A stretch of DNA of 64,000 nucleotides from Candidatus Aminicenantes bacterium (lineage in GTDB: Bacteria > Acidobacteriota > Aminicenantia > UBA2199). The stretch lies in the NCBI GenBank assembly GCA_030639305.1, contig DAOWCY010000002.1:14974-78973 (forward strand). Direction: 5' to 3'. The notes beneath the pieces were generated by a model. That model had not been told where the DNA came from, did not search any database, and worked only from the letters and a program-made list of their open reading frames with translations. Made by a program: the position numbers and the translations under genes. Shown here in pieces: positions 44,999 to 54,406 of the stretch; the stretch's first letter is position 1, and each line of letters begins with the position of its first letter.

Positions 44999-46786
44999 CT
45001 ATTTGTTTTTTATGTTTTGTACTCTTAGCCTGATATAAGGAGCATTCTTATGATCCGGGTAAAGTTTTAAATACTTTTCCCAGTAAACGGCGGCTTCGGT
45101 TAACTTTCCCTGCTGCGATAATAGAAGCCCCATGTTGTATAGAGCAACCATATCTTCAGGGGTCGATTCGAGAACCTTCCTGTACTCGAAACCTGCTTCC
45201 GCATACCTTTTTTGGAAATAAAAAATGTTGGCCATGTTGAGATGGGCTGAAACTCCTTCGGGATTCAATTCTATAGACTTGCGAAACCTTCTCAGCGCTT
45301 CATCGAAATTACCTAATTGCACCGATAGCATCCCGGCTTTCTGCCACATGCTGTGAGCTTTCGGGTAACGCTGCAAAAATTTGCGGTAGAATACATCGGC
45401 TTCCCGATACTTCCCGCGCATTTGCAGGGTGATGGCCTGGCGGTGCCATTTGCCTCCCTGCTTAACAAATTGACGCACACTATCCCTGCCGGGCGCCATA
45501 TTGCCGGTGACATAACCTAAGGATTGCAGGTCCCGGGCAATTTTTGGATCTATCTTCGATGAAGCGGCTGCCGGGGCGGAGAATTCTTTACGTAACTTTT
45601 TCAACTCCCTGACTTTTCCGGGCATTTTCAACCCCAGGTCGTTTTTTTCCAGGGGGTCTTTTTCTAAGTCCCAGAGATGATCTATAGGTGACGATTCCCA
45701 TAACCAATTCCGGCGGCGCAGGCCGGTCACTTCAGCAAGCCCGAAACCGCGCGCGCCCATCAAGGTTTCTAAGGGGATGGCCCGGTCTAAGGAACCGGGA
45801 TCGTTTAAAAGATCGCTGCCGTCATTGGCCGGTACTTCCGCACCTGTATATTTTAGAATTGTAGGATAGACGTCTACTGTGGCCGATAGTCTTTCGTATT
45901 TTTCTCCGCGGGGCACTCCGGGACCGGAAATAATTAAAGGAATGCGGGTGGTGACGCCATGCAGTAGATGCCCGTGAGAGTCTTCGCCATGGGCGCCGAG
46001 GGCTTCGCCGTGATCGGAGATGATGACCCATAAAGATTCTGCCATGGGCCGGCCGGTCTTTTCCAGTTCTTCGCTGAGGCGGCGCACCTGCATATCGGCA
46101 AAGGCGACTTCACCTAAGTAAAGGCCGCGGATTCCTTTTTCGTTGTTAAAAGGGCCGGTGGGGGCGTTGTAGGGAAAATGGGGGTCGAAGAGATGAACCC
46201 AGAGAAAAAGTTTCTCTTCTTTTTTTATCCCGGTTTGCAGCCATTTCGAAACAGCGTCGAGTGTGAGATCACCTTTCCTTTCGGGCATTTCAATGGATTC
46301 CAGGGCGGAGTCGAATTTTATTTTATCATCGAAATATTCAAAACCCTTTTTAAAACCGAGGCTGTGGTCTAAGACGCGGCAGGAGACAAAAGCGGCGCTG
46401 CGCCAGCCTTTAGGGCGCAGTAGTTGGGCCAGGGTGGGATTATGGTTGGGCACGGGTTTTTCGCCGTTCACCCGGACGCCGTCTTTCCAGGGCCAGGTGC
46501 CTGTTATCATGCTCCAGTGGCTGGGCCCGGTGGTGGGCACGGGGGTCATGGCGTCTACGACCACTAACCCTTTGGCGGCTATAGAATCGATAAACGGGGT
46601 GGGGCTGGGATTTAATTTGCCCAAAAAGCCGTTGGCGTCGCGTCTCCAGGTGTCGATAGAAACCAGCACCACGGTGCGCACATTTTCTTTACTGCCGAAG
46701 GAGTCCTTTTTTTTAGAGGTGCATCCTGCGAAGAACCCGGCTGCCAGGAGAACCGAGAGTAGTAGAGTTATATTTCGTAATTTCAT
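44999..46786 (-). CDS. Sulfatase-like (alkaline-phosphatase superfamily) hydrolase/transferase fused to C-terminal TPR repeats
   Basis: Lipoprotein-like signal (LLAAGFFAGCTS). Metal-site motifs VLVSIDTWRRD and TPVPTTGPSHWSMITG (Thr nucleophile, as in phosphoethanolamine/phosphoglycerol transferases, rather than Cys/Ser as in true sulfatases). About 150 aa of TPRs at the C-terminus. Confidence 0.7.
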   Translation of the reverse strand: MKLRNITLLLSVLLAAGFFAGCTSKKKDSFGSKENVRTVVLVSIDTWRRDANGFLGKLNPSPTPFIDSIAAKGLVVVDAMTPVPTTGPSHWSMITGTWPWKDGVRVNGEKPVPNHNPTLAQLLRPKGWRSAAFVSCRVLDHSLGFKKGFEYFDDKIKFDSALESIEMPERKGDLTLDAVSKWLQTGIKKEEKLFLWVHLFDPHFPYNAPTGPFNNEKGIRGLYLGEVAFADMQVRRLSEELEKTGRPMAESLWVIISDHGEALGAHGEDSHGHLLHGVTTRIPLIISGPGVPRGEKYERLSATVDVYPTILKYTGAEVPANDGSDLLNDPGSLDRAIPLETLMGARGFGLAEVTGLRRRNWLWESSPIDHLWDLEKDPLEKNDLGLKMPGKVRELKKLRKEFSAPAAASSKIDPKIARDLQSLGYVTGNMAPGRDSVRQFVKQGGKWHRQAITLQMRGKYREADVFYRKFLQRYPKAHSMWQKAGMLSVQLGNFDEALRRFRKSIELNPEGVSAHLNMANIFYFQKRYAEAGFEYRKVLESTPEDMVALYNMGLLLSQQGKLTEAAVYWEKYLKLYPDHKNAPYIRLRVQNIKNK

Positions 46787-46877
46787 CTGGATATTATAAC
46801 ATCTAAGTCAATAGATTCAAAATGCAATTAAATAACTATCCCGTTTTAGAAAAAATCGGTTTGGTAAGGCGAGATAT

Positions 46878-46960
46878 CGGTAGGGTCCTGCCTTCGGCGA
46901 CCCTGCCGCGAAGCGGCTAATTGGCCGGGGACGCCGTCCCCCTGCGAAGCGGCTAAAAGG
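46878..46960. repeat. Intergenic repeat (GGTCCTGCCTTCGGCGACCCTGCCGCGAAGCGGCTAA and GGGGACGCCGTCCCC hairpin modules)
   Basis: The modules recur at 54229-54368 and inside trmD (10900-10990). Confidence 0.75.
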
Positions 46961-46976
46961 TTACTCAAATTAACAT

Positions 46977-48242
46977 TTACCGGAATTCCTTTACTACCGG
47001 GCTGCCCGGGCTGCCGCCCCGGTTGTCCCATTTTATCGTACCGCTGACTCCTTCATGCCCGGCCAAACCTTCCAGTCCCAGGCGAATTCCCGGCCGGTTC
47101 AAACCTTTCGACCGTATCGAGAGAATAATTATCCAGGCGGCATCATATGCATAGGCGGCGCTGCAAGTGGGAAACACGCCGAATCGCTTCTCAAAATCCC
47201 GGCTGAAGCGGTGATAAATCCCCCCGGTTTTCTCCCGGTCAGGCGGTTGAAAGGGTTCAATCATGTAAATAGGTCCATGGTAAACTGCTTTTAGTTTTTT
47301 TATTTCTACTCCCGGCGTCCAGGGTATACATACCGGGCAAACAATGCCGCTACTTTGAAGAGCTTTTAATAGTTTGGGAATACCGGGCACTTGCAGACAG
47401 AGTGTCAACACATGAGGCTGAAAATCCCGGATTCGTTCCGCAAGCGCTTGAAAGTCAAAGGCGCTGCCTGCGGCGGAGCCGCTTATCGCCCCCCCACGCG
47501 AGTGGGGTTGAAAATCAAGCAAACCCGGAGCCACCTCAAAATGAAATAGCGCCGGTAGGTTCCGCCGTTCCAGTTCTTTTTCCATTTCCGCGGCCGCGGC
47601 CCGGTTGTTTGGGGCTGTACAGGATACCAGCCCCACCCGGCTAAAATGCTTATTCACAATGCCCTCTTTAACCAATAACCCTGCCTGCACCCGGTCATCC
47701 GGCGGCAGGCGGAATAGCCAGGGCACCCCGGCGTGAGTTAATGAAGGCGCGGAAGAGAGAGGCGCGATTACCGGGACGTAAGCTTTTGCGGCGATCTGTT
47801 GGGCAATATGAGCGGCCCCGTCTTTGAACGCAATTATCGCCCATACCCGGTCCTCGTATATCAAGCGGATCACTTCTTTTGGGCCGGCGGCCCAGGGAGA
47901 TCCGGCCCAACGTCGAATCAGGCTAAAATCAACCCCCCGGTATCCGCCCGCGGCGTTTGCCTGTTCGATGGCCAATTTGATTCCCCGGTATAGATCACGG
48001 GCAGCCGGGTCGTCTCGATCAAAAGGGGCAAAAAGTCCGATAGCAATAGAGTTTAACGATGAAGGTTCGATTACGGCGCCTGCCGGTCCGTTAAAAGCGC
48101 GCGGGTCATCGAGCATTCGTTTGTAGGGTGCCTGGGTTTGCGCCTCGACAACCGGGACTGCGATAATAAAGCAGAGTAAAAAAATGAATCCTGCGGTAAA
48201 TAAAAAAGGGGACAGGCCGGAAAAGTTTTTACGAGCTAACAC
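46977..48242 (-). CDS. Periplasmic substrate-binding protein, LivK/branched-chain amino-acid binding family (type I PBP). Start uncertain.
   Basis: KLAIEQANAAGGYRGVDFSLIRRW and the overall alternation parallel the neighbouring paralog. The tracked start 48560 runs through repeat copies. Proposed GTG 48242 (GAGGAA RBS) or ATG 48314 both give a signal peptide ending VEA/QTQ. Confidence 0.65.
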   Translation of the reverse strand: MLARKNFSGLSPFLFTAGFIFLLCFIIAVPVVEAQTQAPYKRMLDDPRAFNGPAGAVIEPSSLNSIAIGLFAPFDRDDPAARDLYRGIKLAIEQANAAGGYRGVDFSLIRRWAGSPWAAGPKEVIRLIYEDRVWAIIAFKDGAAHIAQQIAAKAYVPVIAPLSSAPSLTHAGVPWLFRLPPDDRVQAGLLVKEGIVNKHFSRVGLVSCTAPNNRAAAAEMEKELERRNLPALFHFEVAPGLLDFQPHSRGGAISGSAAGSAFDFQALAERIRDFQPHVLTLCLQVPGIPKLLKALQSSGIVCPVCIPWTPGVEIKKLKAVYHGPIYMIEPFQPPDREKTGGIYHRFSRDFEKRFGVFPTCSAAYAYDAAWIIILSIRSKGLNRPGIRLGLEGLAGHEGVSGTIKWDNRGGSPGSPVVKEFR

Positions 48243-48645
48243 ACCCCGGTTCCTCGTTCCTCGGAACCACCTCCCGGCAAGTCTCGAAGAGGGGGATTTT
48301 GGTTTCTCGATCATCAAAAGCCTGTCTCTTTTGTTGCTTTGCTTTTTTCTTCGTGCCCTTCGTGTACTTCGTGGTTTATGCTTTTGCTTTTTCTCTGTGT
48401 GCTCTGTGGCTATATTAATTTCAAAGTAGGCCGGAAATGTTAAAAAAGGGGACAGGCCGGAAAGGTGCGGCGCACCCAGCCTATAAGGGGGTGTTACCTT
48501 CGCTTTTCTTGAATCATGAGTAAAAAAGGGGACAGGCCGGAAATGTTTTTCGTTTTTCATTTTTTTTCTTTTTTCTTCTTGCCCTTCTTTCCCTTCGTGG
48601 TAAAAAATAAAAAAGGGAACAGGCCGGAAAAGGCCGGAAAGGACC
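48195..48645. repeat. Cluster of four copies of the family-B unit AAAAAAGGGGACAGGCCGGAAA interleaved with the module-C reverse complement (TTCGTGCCCTTCGTGTACTTCGTGG) and module E (GGTGCGGCGCACCCAGCCTATAAGG)
   Basis: Copies at about 48203, 48438, 48522 and 48612, irregularly spaced (235, 84 and 90 nt). The first copy lies inside the signal-peptide region of the SBP gene. Confidence 0.8.
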
Positions 48646-48648
48646 GGT

Positions 48649-49977
48649 TTACCGGTTCAGCGCCTCTTCTTTCGTGTAGAAAACCCAACGGCGATTCTCT
48701 AAAACCGCCAGCGCCGCCGGGCTGATATTATTGAAAACCGCATCGAATTCTTTTTTGCCGGTAACACCGTTATAATGTTTCATCTTTGCCAATTCATCGC
48801 GAATCCTGGCCCGGTTGAGACCTGCCTTTTCGATTGCTTTTATTAACATGCGCATACCGTCGTAGGCATGGGCGGCGTAGGTTTCCGGGTTTTCACCGAA
48901 ACGCTTATAAAAAAGGCGCTTGAACTCTAGGTACCGCGGATCGCTGCCGGCCGGGTTATAGGGATAACCGGCTGCCACCTTGCCGATATTCTCTCCCGCG
49001 TTTTTTATGAACTCCGGGGAGACCATCCTGTCGCTGCCGATAAACCACTGGTTCATGCCCATGGCCCGCATCTGTTTTAAAATGAGGGCGGATTCGGCGG
49101 CATTACCATAGGTGATGACAGCTTCGGGATTAAGGCTTTTGATGCGCCGCAGTTGGAGGGTAAAGTCCGTATCTCCCACCGGGTAATTAAGCTCCGTTAG
49201 GAAAGGATGCCCCGATCTTGTGGCCGCATCCCTGAACTCATCGATGCTGATACGCCCATAACGATTATTGGCTCGCAGGGCGGCTACCCTGGTTAGCTTA
49301 AGCTTTTTAAAAACAAAATCCGCTAATAAGTAACACATTTGCCGGTCATCGGTGATAACACGAAAAACCCAGGGTATGCCGGTTTCGGTAAAAGTGGGAT
49401 CGGTATCGCCGCTGTTCATCATTGGGATTTCCACTTTCAAGGCTACCCGGATGGCTATGTGGCTGTTGGCGCCGTCGATGGTGCCGAGAATAGCCCATAC
49501 GTTCTCTTTGTAGGCCAGGTGGATGATTTCATTGCCGCTGGCGCCCCACAGCCCGTTATCGTTGCGCACGACCAACCGGTAGGGAATTTTCCGGCGGCCA
49601 TAGCCTCCCGCGGCATTGGCTTGTTCAACGGCAAGCTTTGCCCCTTGCAGCATCTTACGCCCTAAGCTCTCCTCATGAGACACCCCCCCGGTGGCTACCG
49701 ATACCGTGGGTTCGATAGGCCCTAAGAATCCTATTTTTACGAAATCCACCTGTTCCGGTTCAGGGATTTGCCGTCCGTAGCCCCGGTACTCCAGGGGGTC
49801 AAGAAAAAATTGCTTGTAAGGTTTCGTAAACTTTCCAAAAGGAACATACCGGTCGGGGGTTTTACCATAACTGCCGGTTTCTTTCTTTTTTTCGTCTTTT
49901 TGGGCGTTCTCCTGCGCGGTCATAGTCAAACCAACTGCCAGGAAAACCAACAATAATAAATAAATATTTTTTTTCAT
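48649..49977 (-). CDS. Periplasmic substrate-binding protein, LivK/branched-chain amino-acid binding family
   Basis: Start moved to ATG 49977 (MKKNIYLLLLVFLAVGLTMTAQ). AKLAVEQANAAGGYGRRKIPYRLVVRNDN is typical of the Leu/Ile/Val-binding family. 442 aa. Confidence 0.8.
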   Translation of the reverse strand: MKKNIYLLLLVFLAVGLTMTAQENAQKDEKKKETGSYGKTPDRYVPFGKFTKPYKQFFLDPLEYRGYGRQIPEPEQVDFVKIGFLGPIEPTVSVATGGVSHEESLGRKMLQGAKLAVEQANAAGGYGRRKIPYRLVVRNDNGLWGASGNEIIHLAYKENVWAILGTIDGANSHIAIRVALKVEIPMMNSGDTDPTFTETGIPWVFRVITDDRQMCYLLADFVFKKLKLTRVAALRANNRYGRISIDEFRDAATRSGHPFLTELNYPVGDTDFTLQLRRIKSLNPEAVITYGNAAESALILKQMRAMGMNQWFIGSDRMVSPEFIKNAGENIGKVAAGYPYNPAGSDPRYLEFKRLFYKRFGENPETYAAHAYDGMRMLIKAIEKAGLNRARIRDELAKMKHYNGVTGKKEFDAVFNNISPAALAVLENRRWVFYTKEEALNR

Positions 49978-49989
49978 TCTTGCCTCTTT

Positions 49990-50050
49990 TTGCCTCCGGC
50001 GGCCCTGCCGGGGGCCAAACTTTTGTAAAAGTTTGATCAAAACTTCTGTT
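49990..50050 (+). repeat. Short family-A element
   Basis: GCCTCCGGCGGCCCTGCCGGGGGCCAAACTTTTGTAAAAGTTTGATCAAAACTTC. It overlaps the tracked upstream part of ORF 48649-50040. Confidence 0.9.
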
Positions 50051-50061
50051 GAGCGATTCGA

Positions 50062-51258
50062 TTATCTACATGATAAACGGCTATCGTTGGCTCCTGCCGC
50101 CCTCCGCTTTTTATTAGTCTTTAGACCGGGGTAGTAGCCTTTGCCGATGCCTCTCGCCAGCCCGTGACCGGTGCCGATCCAGAGGTCCTGGCCCTGGAAA
50201 TCTAAACAAATAACAAAATGATTGGGCAGAGTTAGTTTTGTGGGGACAGAAAATTGTTCTTTATTTCCTACACCTATATGGGCAGTCCATGTTTTATCCT
50301 CCGGCTTGTCTTTTTTGTAAGTCACCCAGGTGTCGGATTTGAAGTCTACCAGTACAGCCAGGCCAAGGTCCGTGGCATTGTAACAGGAAACCCCACTGCG
50401 CCCCAGGGCTAAATTGATAAAATTACTTGCCAGGCCGCTGTCATGGTCCATATAACCGCGCCAGTTCCGGCCATCGTAACGGCTGAGCCCGAAATAGGTG
50501 GAAGCCCAAAGCACGCCGTCGATATAGGATGCCGAGGTGGTAATAATGTGAATTAAACCGTCATCGCGATACAGATCGATTTCCATTTCCTTGTCCGGGT
50601 CCCGGTGTGCGTTCCAGCGCCGTGTTTTTTGGTCCCATTCGAGGATGCCACCGCCCCATACGGCAATATAGACTTTGCCGTCAGCAGCAGCAGCATTGTA
50701 GCACCAGATTTCTTCCATCGGGGCGTTCTTTTCGGTGTATATTTCCCATTCCCCGGTTACGGTGTTATACGAGCTGATCCCGGCGGTTGTGGCCGCCCAG
50801 ACCATGTCACCTAACAAGGCAACGCCATAAACTACATCATTGACCAAACCGCTGTTGAATTGATTAAAACAATCGAAACGCCCGCCGCTGAACCGCGCCA
50901 GACCACCGCCGAACAAAGCCAGCCAGACATCGCCGGTCTTAGCGCTGACAGCGATATCGCTTACCACTTTCCAGGGCAGCCCGTCTTTCTCGCGCCAGCT
51001 TTTCCAGCGCCCCTTTTCGTAAAGGGCCAGCCCTCCTTCGGTGCCTACCCACAGGCGACTGCCGTCGGCTTCGATAGAAAAAATATGATCGTTGGGCAGT
51101 CCGTCTTTTACGTAGAAGGTTTCCCATTCGGTATAGACATAGGGTGAACCGGTTAGCTTGCTTCGGGTTTCAGCCCCTTCTCCAAAAACAAAAGAAATAA
51201 ATAATAAAATTAAAATAAATAATTTTTTTTTCATTTTCTCACTCATACTAAATATCAA
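50062..51258 (-). CDS. Secreted beta-propeller protein with two-component-regulator-propeller (Reg_prop)-like repeats
   Basis: Signal peptide (start may be ATG 51246 or 51234). Six or more repeats of the W/Y-x-G/A-T-x-G-G-L/I-x-x-Y/F type (LWVGTEGGLALYE, VWLALFGGGLARFS, VWAATTAGISSYN, VYIAVWGGGILEWD, LWASTYFGLSRYD, LWIGTGHGLARG). Confidence 0.6.
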   Translation of the reverse strand: MIFSMSEKMKKKLFILILLFISFVFGEGAETRSKLTGSPYVYTEWETFYVKDGLPNDHIFSIEADGSRLWVGTEGGLALYEKGRWKSWREKDGLPWKVVSDIAVSAKTGDVWLALFGGGLARFSGGRFDCFNQFNSGLVNDVVYGVALLGDMVWAATTAGISSYNTVTGEWEIYTEKNAPMEEIWCYNAAAADGKVYIAVWGGGILEWDQKTRRWNAHRDPDKEMEIDLYRDDGLIHIITTSASYIDGVLWASTYFGLSRYDGRNWRGYMDHDSGLASNFINLALGRSGVSCYNATDLGLAVLVDFKSDTWVTYKKDKPEDKTWTAHIGVGNKEQFSVPTKLTLPNHFVICLDFQGQDLWIGTGHGLARGIGKGYYPGLKTNKKRRAAGANDSRLSCR

Positions 51259-51287
51259 AACACATATCAGATGATAGCGCTTCTAAA

Positions 51288-51348
51288 TAAACAAAAGTTT
51301 TGTTCAAACTTTTTCAAAAGTTTGGCCCCCGGCAGGGCCGCCGGAGGT
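51288..51348 (-). repeat. Short family-A element, reverse orientation
   Basis: CAAAAGTTTTGTTCAAACTTTTTCAAAAGTTTGGCCCCCGGCAGGGCCGCCGGAGG. Confidence 0.9.
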
Positions 51349-51350
51349 AT

Positions 51351-54209
51351 TTAAAGCGTTTTCAAATATTCGATAAGATCATTCAACTGGTCTTTAGTCA
51401 TATCATTGGTTACCCCATGCTTATCTTCGGGATTGAACCGGGTCCAGATTTCTTCTAATGTATCCGAACTACCGTCATGAAGATAGGGAGGAGTTTCGTA
51501 AATGTTGTTCAGGTGAGGAACATCGAACTTACCGTGGGTGTCGATAGGGGAACGGGTGCCTACATCGACAATTTCCCGGTTCGTAAAATATGGCCCGGAA
51601 TGACAGAAATTACACCTGTTTTCTTTCGGGATTTCACTCCCGCTGTTGGTGTGGGTGCGTTCGAATAGTTGTTTGCCCCGGCGTTGTGCCGCGGTCAGCC
51701 GGTCTCCTTTTCGATAGCGGTTGGGGTTTCGCGGGATCGTACAGATGTAGCGATCGAGGGCGATTACTTGTTCCGGGGTAAAAGGGTCGATGCGGGTAAA
51801 AAATACAGCTAAGCGGGGTCCACATTGGCGACTCAATGAAGGATTCTTTCCAGTCCACTTAAAAGGTGCGGTGTCCAGGATTCCCCGCAGCGTCCGGTTA
51901 TCCACCGGGTTGACTCCTAAGCCGTCCGGCTCGATGTCATAGGTAATCCCGTCTATGCCGCCGTCAGGATGACAGGTATGGCAGGAAAACTGCCGCCCGA
52001 AGGTTATTTCCGCACTGTGAAATATACGTTCTCCGGCACGCTGCAGGGTAATTTCCTTTGGCCCTCCCAGGTCGATAACAGCGACACGCTCTTGTTTGCC
52101 CACATCTATGACAGAGATGGTATCGTCCAACCCGTCCGCGGCATATACAAACCGTCCGTCTTTAGAAACAGCCAGTCCGCGGGGACTGCGGCCCACGGCA
52201 ATTCGTTTGACAACGTATTCGGTAGATATACCCAGGTGGTTGGGCAGCACCTTTCGACGCCGGTTCTCACCGGCATCTCGCAATATTCTTTTCATTTTTT
52301 TTAGGTCGATGACTGCCACTGCGTCGATGCCCCCGCCGGAAACATACGCATACTTGCCGTCAGGGGTGATAACCAAATCCGTGGGGTCGGCAAAGTAATG
52401 GCCCGGCTCATCCAATAAAAGCTGGTCTACCCGGCCATCTTTCCAGAGAACCCCGATGCCGTTGGTAATCATCCAGCCTTGCATGACGCGGGTAATGGGG
52501 ATCAGGCTTTTTGTCCGCAGTAAAGTAACCAGGGCAAATTCTCCATCCGGGGAAAAATCGATGCCTTGAACCAAATTGGCTCCCGGGATCATGATGCGGT
52601 TCTCCACTACAGACCGCTTCGTGTCGATTACAGTCACTTCCGACCGTGATGGAGTGCGAAACTTAACAAAATGAGAAAGATTATTGGTAATAAAAACAGA
52701 GTTACCGTCCGGGGAGCGGTTAACCGCCCAGGCGCCGCGCCCGGCGGACAGGCGTTTTACTTCGCCGCCAGCTCCGGGGGCAGGGCCGTCCCTGTTAATA
52801 TCCACGACTGATATGTCATAGGAACCGGCGTTTGCCACATAAAGCATATTATCATCAACCCCTGTTATCAGGCCATGGGGTTCGTCTCCTACGGGGATAT
52901 GTTTCAAAACCTTATAACTACCGGCATCGATGACGGAAACGGTATCCGAACCGCGATTGCCGACAAAAATTCTCCTGCCGTCGGTAGAGAGGCATACGCC
53001 GTGGGGTTGGTTTTGTACTTTTATTTCCGCTATTACGGTTTGTGTCCCGGTGTCTACCACGATCAGGCTGTCGGAGGCTTCACAAGCGGCAAACAGCCTT
53101 TTGCCGTCCGGGGAGAGAGCCAGGCTAAAGGGAGTTTTGTAGGTAACGGCAGCGGTTTTGGCCGCGGAAGTTCCCGGCTTACAATGCGAAAGCTTTTTTT
53201 TCATCTGCCCATAGTCGAAATTTTTGCCGGTATGACAGCGGATACAGGTTTTACGTGCCGGTTTCACCAGTCCTGTTTTTGCGGCGGCGGCACCGCGCCT
53301 TTCAACGTCCTGTACGTGCTTGTTCCCGGGACCATGGCAGCTTTCGCACTGCACGCCCCGTACCGCTTCGGCCCCCTGTCCCGGTGCATGGCAATTGAGG
53401 CACAAGGCAGTTTTTTGCGGATTACCTTTGACACGATGTTTACCTGCATTTGCACAGGGCTTTTTCGTACTCAGGACTGCATAAGCGTCGGCATGGGCCG
53501 AAAGACGCCACTTACTGAAGACATACCCTTTGCCTGCTCCTTTATGGCAACGGGCGCATACCATCGCACCCACGTATCGAGAATCCTGCGCCTGCGCCTC
53601 GAGGTCATTGTCGGGGACAGGGCCGCCTCCGTCGGGGCTATCACCGCCTCTCCCGGGGTGCGACACCCGGTTTAGAAATGTTTTGTAATCGTAGGGTTCG
53701 GTTTTTAGCACCGACGTATGAGAGCCTTTGGCCTTATGACAGATTATGCAAAAATCTTCTCCGGGCATTTTTAACCCGGCCTTTACCGCCGCTTCCCGGT
53801 CGGCCATTACCGCCGCATCGATATATTCACTGCCGGGACCGTGACAGTATTCGCATTGAACGCCGTCCTCTAAAAAAAACGCCTCATCCCGCTGCCACGC
53901 TTCAGTATCGGAAGCGGTGGCGTGGCACTGCAAACAAATAGGACTGTCGAAAGGATCGACGTCGATGCCCGAAAGCATGGCGATTTCCACAGCCTCAGGC
54001 ATGGCCAACGCAGCATAACTCCGGGCATGTCCGGATAAATACCAGCGGCTGAATTGGTCCCGTCCTTCCTGGTGATGACATTGGCGGCAAACAGCTTCTC
54101 CTACGTAAAACCGTTCTGTTTCAGCCGATGCCAATGAGAAAACCATAATTATTAAGGCTGGGCACAAAATAAATAATGTAGTTAGTTTAATTTTTAAATA
54201 TTTACTCAT
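51351..54209 (-). CDS. Multiheme cytochrome c (10 CxxCH) fused to a YVTN-type beta-propeller and a C-terminal di-heme cytochrome-c-peroxidase-like domain
   Basis: Start moved to ATG 54209 (signal peptide MSKYLKIKLTTLFILCPALIIMVFSLASA), since the tracked TTG start lies in a repeat. Heme motifs: CRQCH, CLQCH, CEYCH, CIICH, CARCH, CLNCH, CESCH, CIRCH, CHTCH, CNFCH. Central repeats YVANAGSYDISVVD and VYAADGLDDTISVID. Confidence 0.8.
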   Translation of the reverse strand: MSKYLKIKLTTLFILCPALIIMVFSLASAETERFYVGEAVCRQCHHQEGRDQFSRWYLSGHARSYAALAMPEAVEIAMLSGIDVDPFDSPICLQCHATASDTEAWQRDEAFFLEDGVQCEYCHGPGSEYIDAAVMADREAAVKAGLKMPGEDFCIICHKAKGSHTSVLKTEPYDYKTFLNRVSHPGRGGDSPDGGGPVPDNDLEAQAQDSRYVGAMVCARCHKGAGKGYVFSKWRLSAHADAYAVLSTKKPCANAGKHRVKGNPQKTALCLNCHAPGQGAEAVRGVQCESCHGPGNKHVQDVERRGAAAAKTGLVKPARKTCIRCHTGKNFDYGQMKKKLSHCKPGTSAAKTAAVTYKTPFSLALSPDGKRLFAACEASDSLIVVDTGTQTVIAEIKVQNQPHGVCLSTDGRRIFVGNRGSDTVSVIDAGSYKVLKHIPVGDEPHGLITGVDDNMLYVANAGSYDISVVDINRDGPAPGAGGEVKRLSAGRGAWAVNRSPDGNSVFITNNLSHFVKFRTPSRSEVTVIDTKRSVVENRIMIPGANLVQGIDFSPDGEFALVTLLRTKSLIPITRVMQGWMITNGIGVLWKDGRVDQLLLDEPGHYFADPTDLVITPDGKYAYVSGGGIDAVAVIDLKKMKRILRDAGENRRRKVLPNHLGISTEYVVKRIAVGRSPRGLAVSKDGRFVYAADGLDDTISVIDVGKQERVAVIDLGGPKEITLQRAGERIFHSAEITFGRQFSCHTCHPDGGIDGITYDIEPDGLGVNPVDNRTLRGILDTAPFKWTGKNPSLSRQCGPRLAVFFTRIDPFTPEQVIALDRYICTIPRNPNRYRKGDRLTAAQRRGKQLFERTHTNSGSEIPKENRCNFCHSGPYFTNREIVDVGTRSPIDTHGKFDVPHLNNIYETPPYLHDGSSDTLEEIWTRFNPEDKHGVTNDMTKDQLNDLIEYLKTL

Positions 54210-54228
54210 TTTACTTGCCTTCTTTGAC

Positions 54229-54368
54229 TTACCTTCGGCGACCCTGCCGGGGGCCAAACTTTTGTAAAAGTTTGATCAAAACTTTTTATAATTTGAAAGC
54301 GAGAAGCGCTCACGCACTGCCCTGCCGCGAAGCGGCTCATAGCCCCCCCACGCGAGTGGGGTAATTTC
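54229..54368. repeat. Composite family-A repeat (short core plus a GCGAAGCGGCTCATAGCCCCCCCACGCGAGTGGGG tail)
   Basis: Between the start of the cytochrome gene and the end of the RM methyltransferase gene. It generates the spurious ORF 54206-54406. Confidence 0.85.
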
Positions 54369-54406
54369 ATTCGTTTCCGGGTGAGGCTGTCCCCCAAAAA
54401 TCCCAT

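Noticed and set aside
48195-48645. Possible CRISPR array. The 22-bp unit AAAAAAGGGGACAGGCCGGAAA occurs four times, and a related unit GGGGACAGGCTGGAATGCCACT occurs four times at 59165-60360.
   Set aside because: The repeats are too short for CRISPR. Spacing is irregular (235, 84 and 90 nt; a CRISPR array would have regular spacers of about 30-40 nt). The intervening sequences are themselves other repeat modules, there are no cas genes, and one copy lies inside a coding region. They are better explained as modules of the dispersed repeat family.
52875-53675. Long antisense ORFs inside large genes (for example 52875-53675 + inside the cytochrome gene; 22452-23048 + inside 22106-23137; 28190-28678 +; 36509-36862 +).
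   Set aside because: They run opposite to well-supported long genes with clear domain content. They have no RBS and low-complexity Ala/Arg/Pro-rich translations typical of GC-rich antisense frames.
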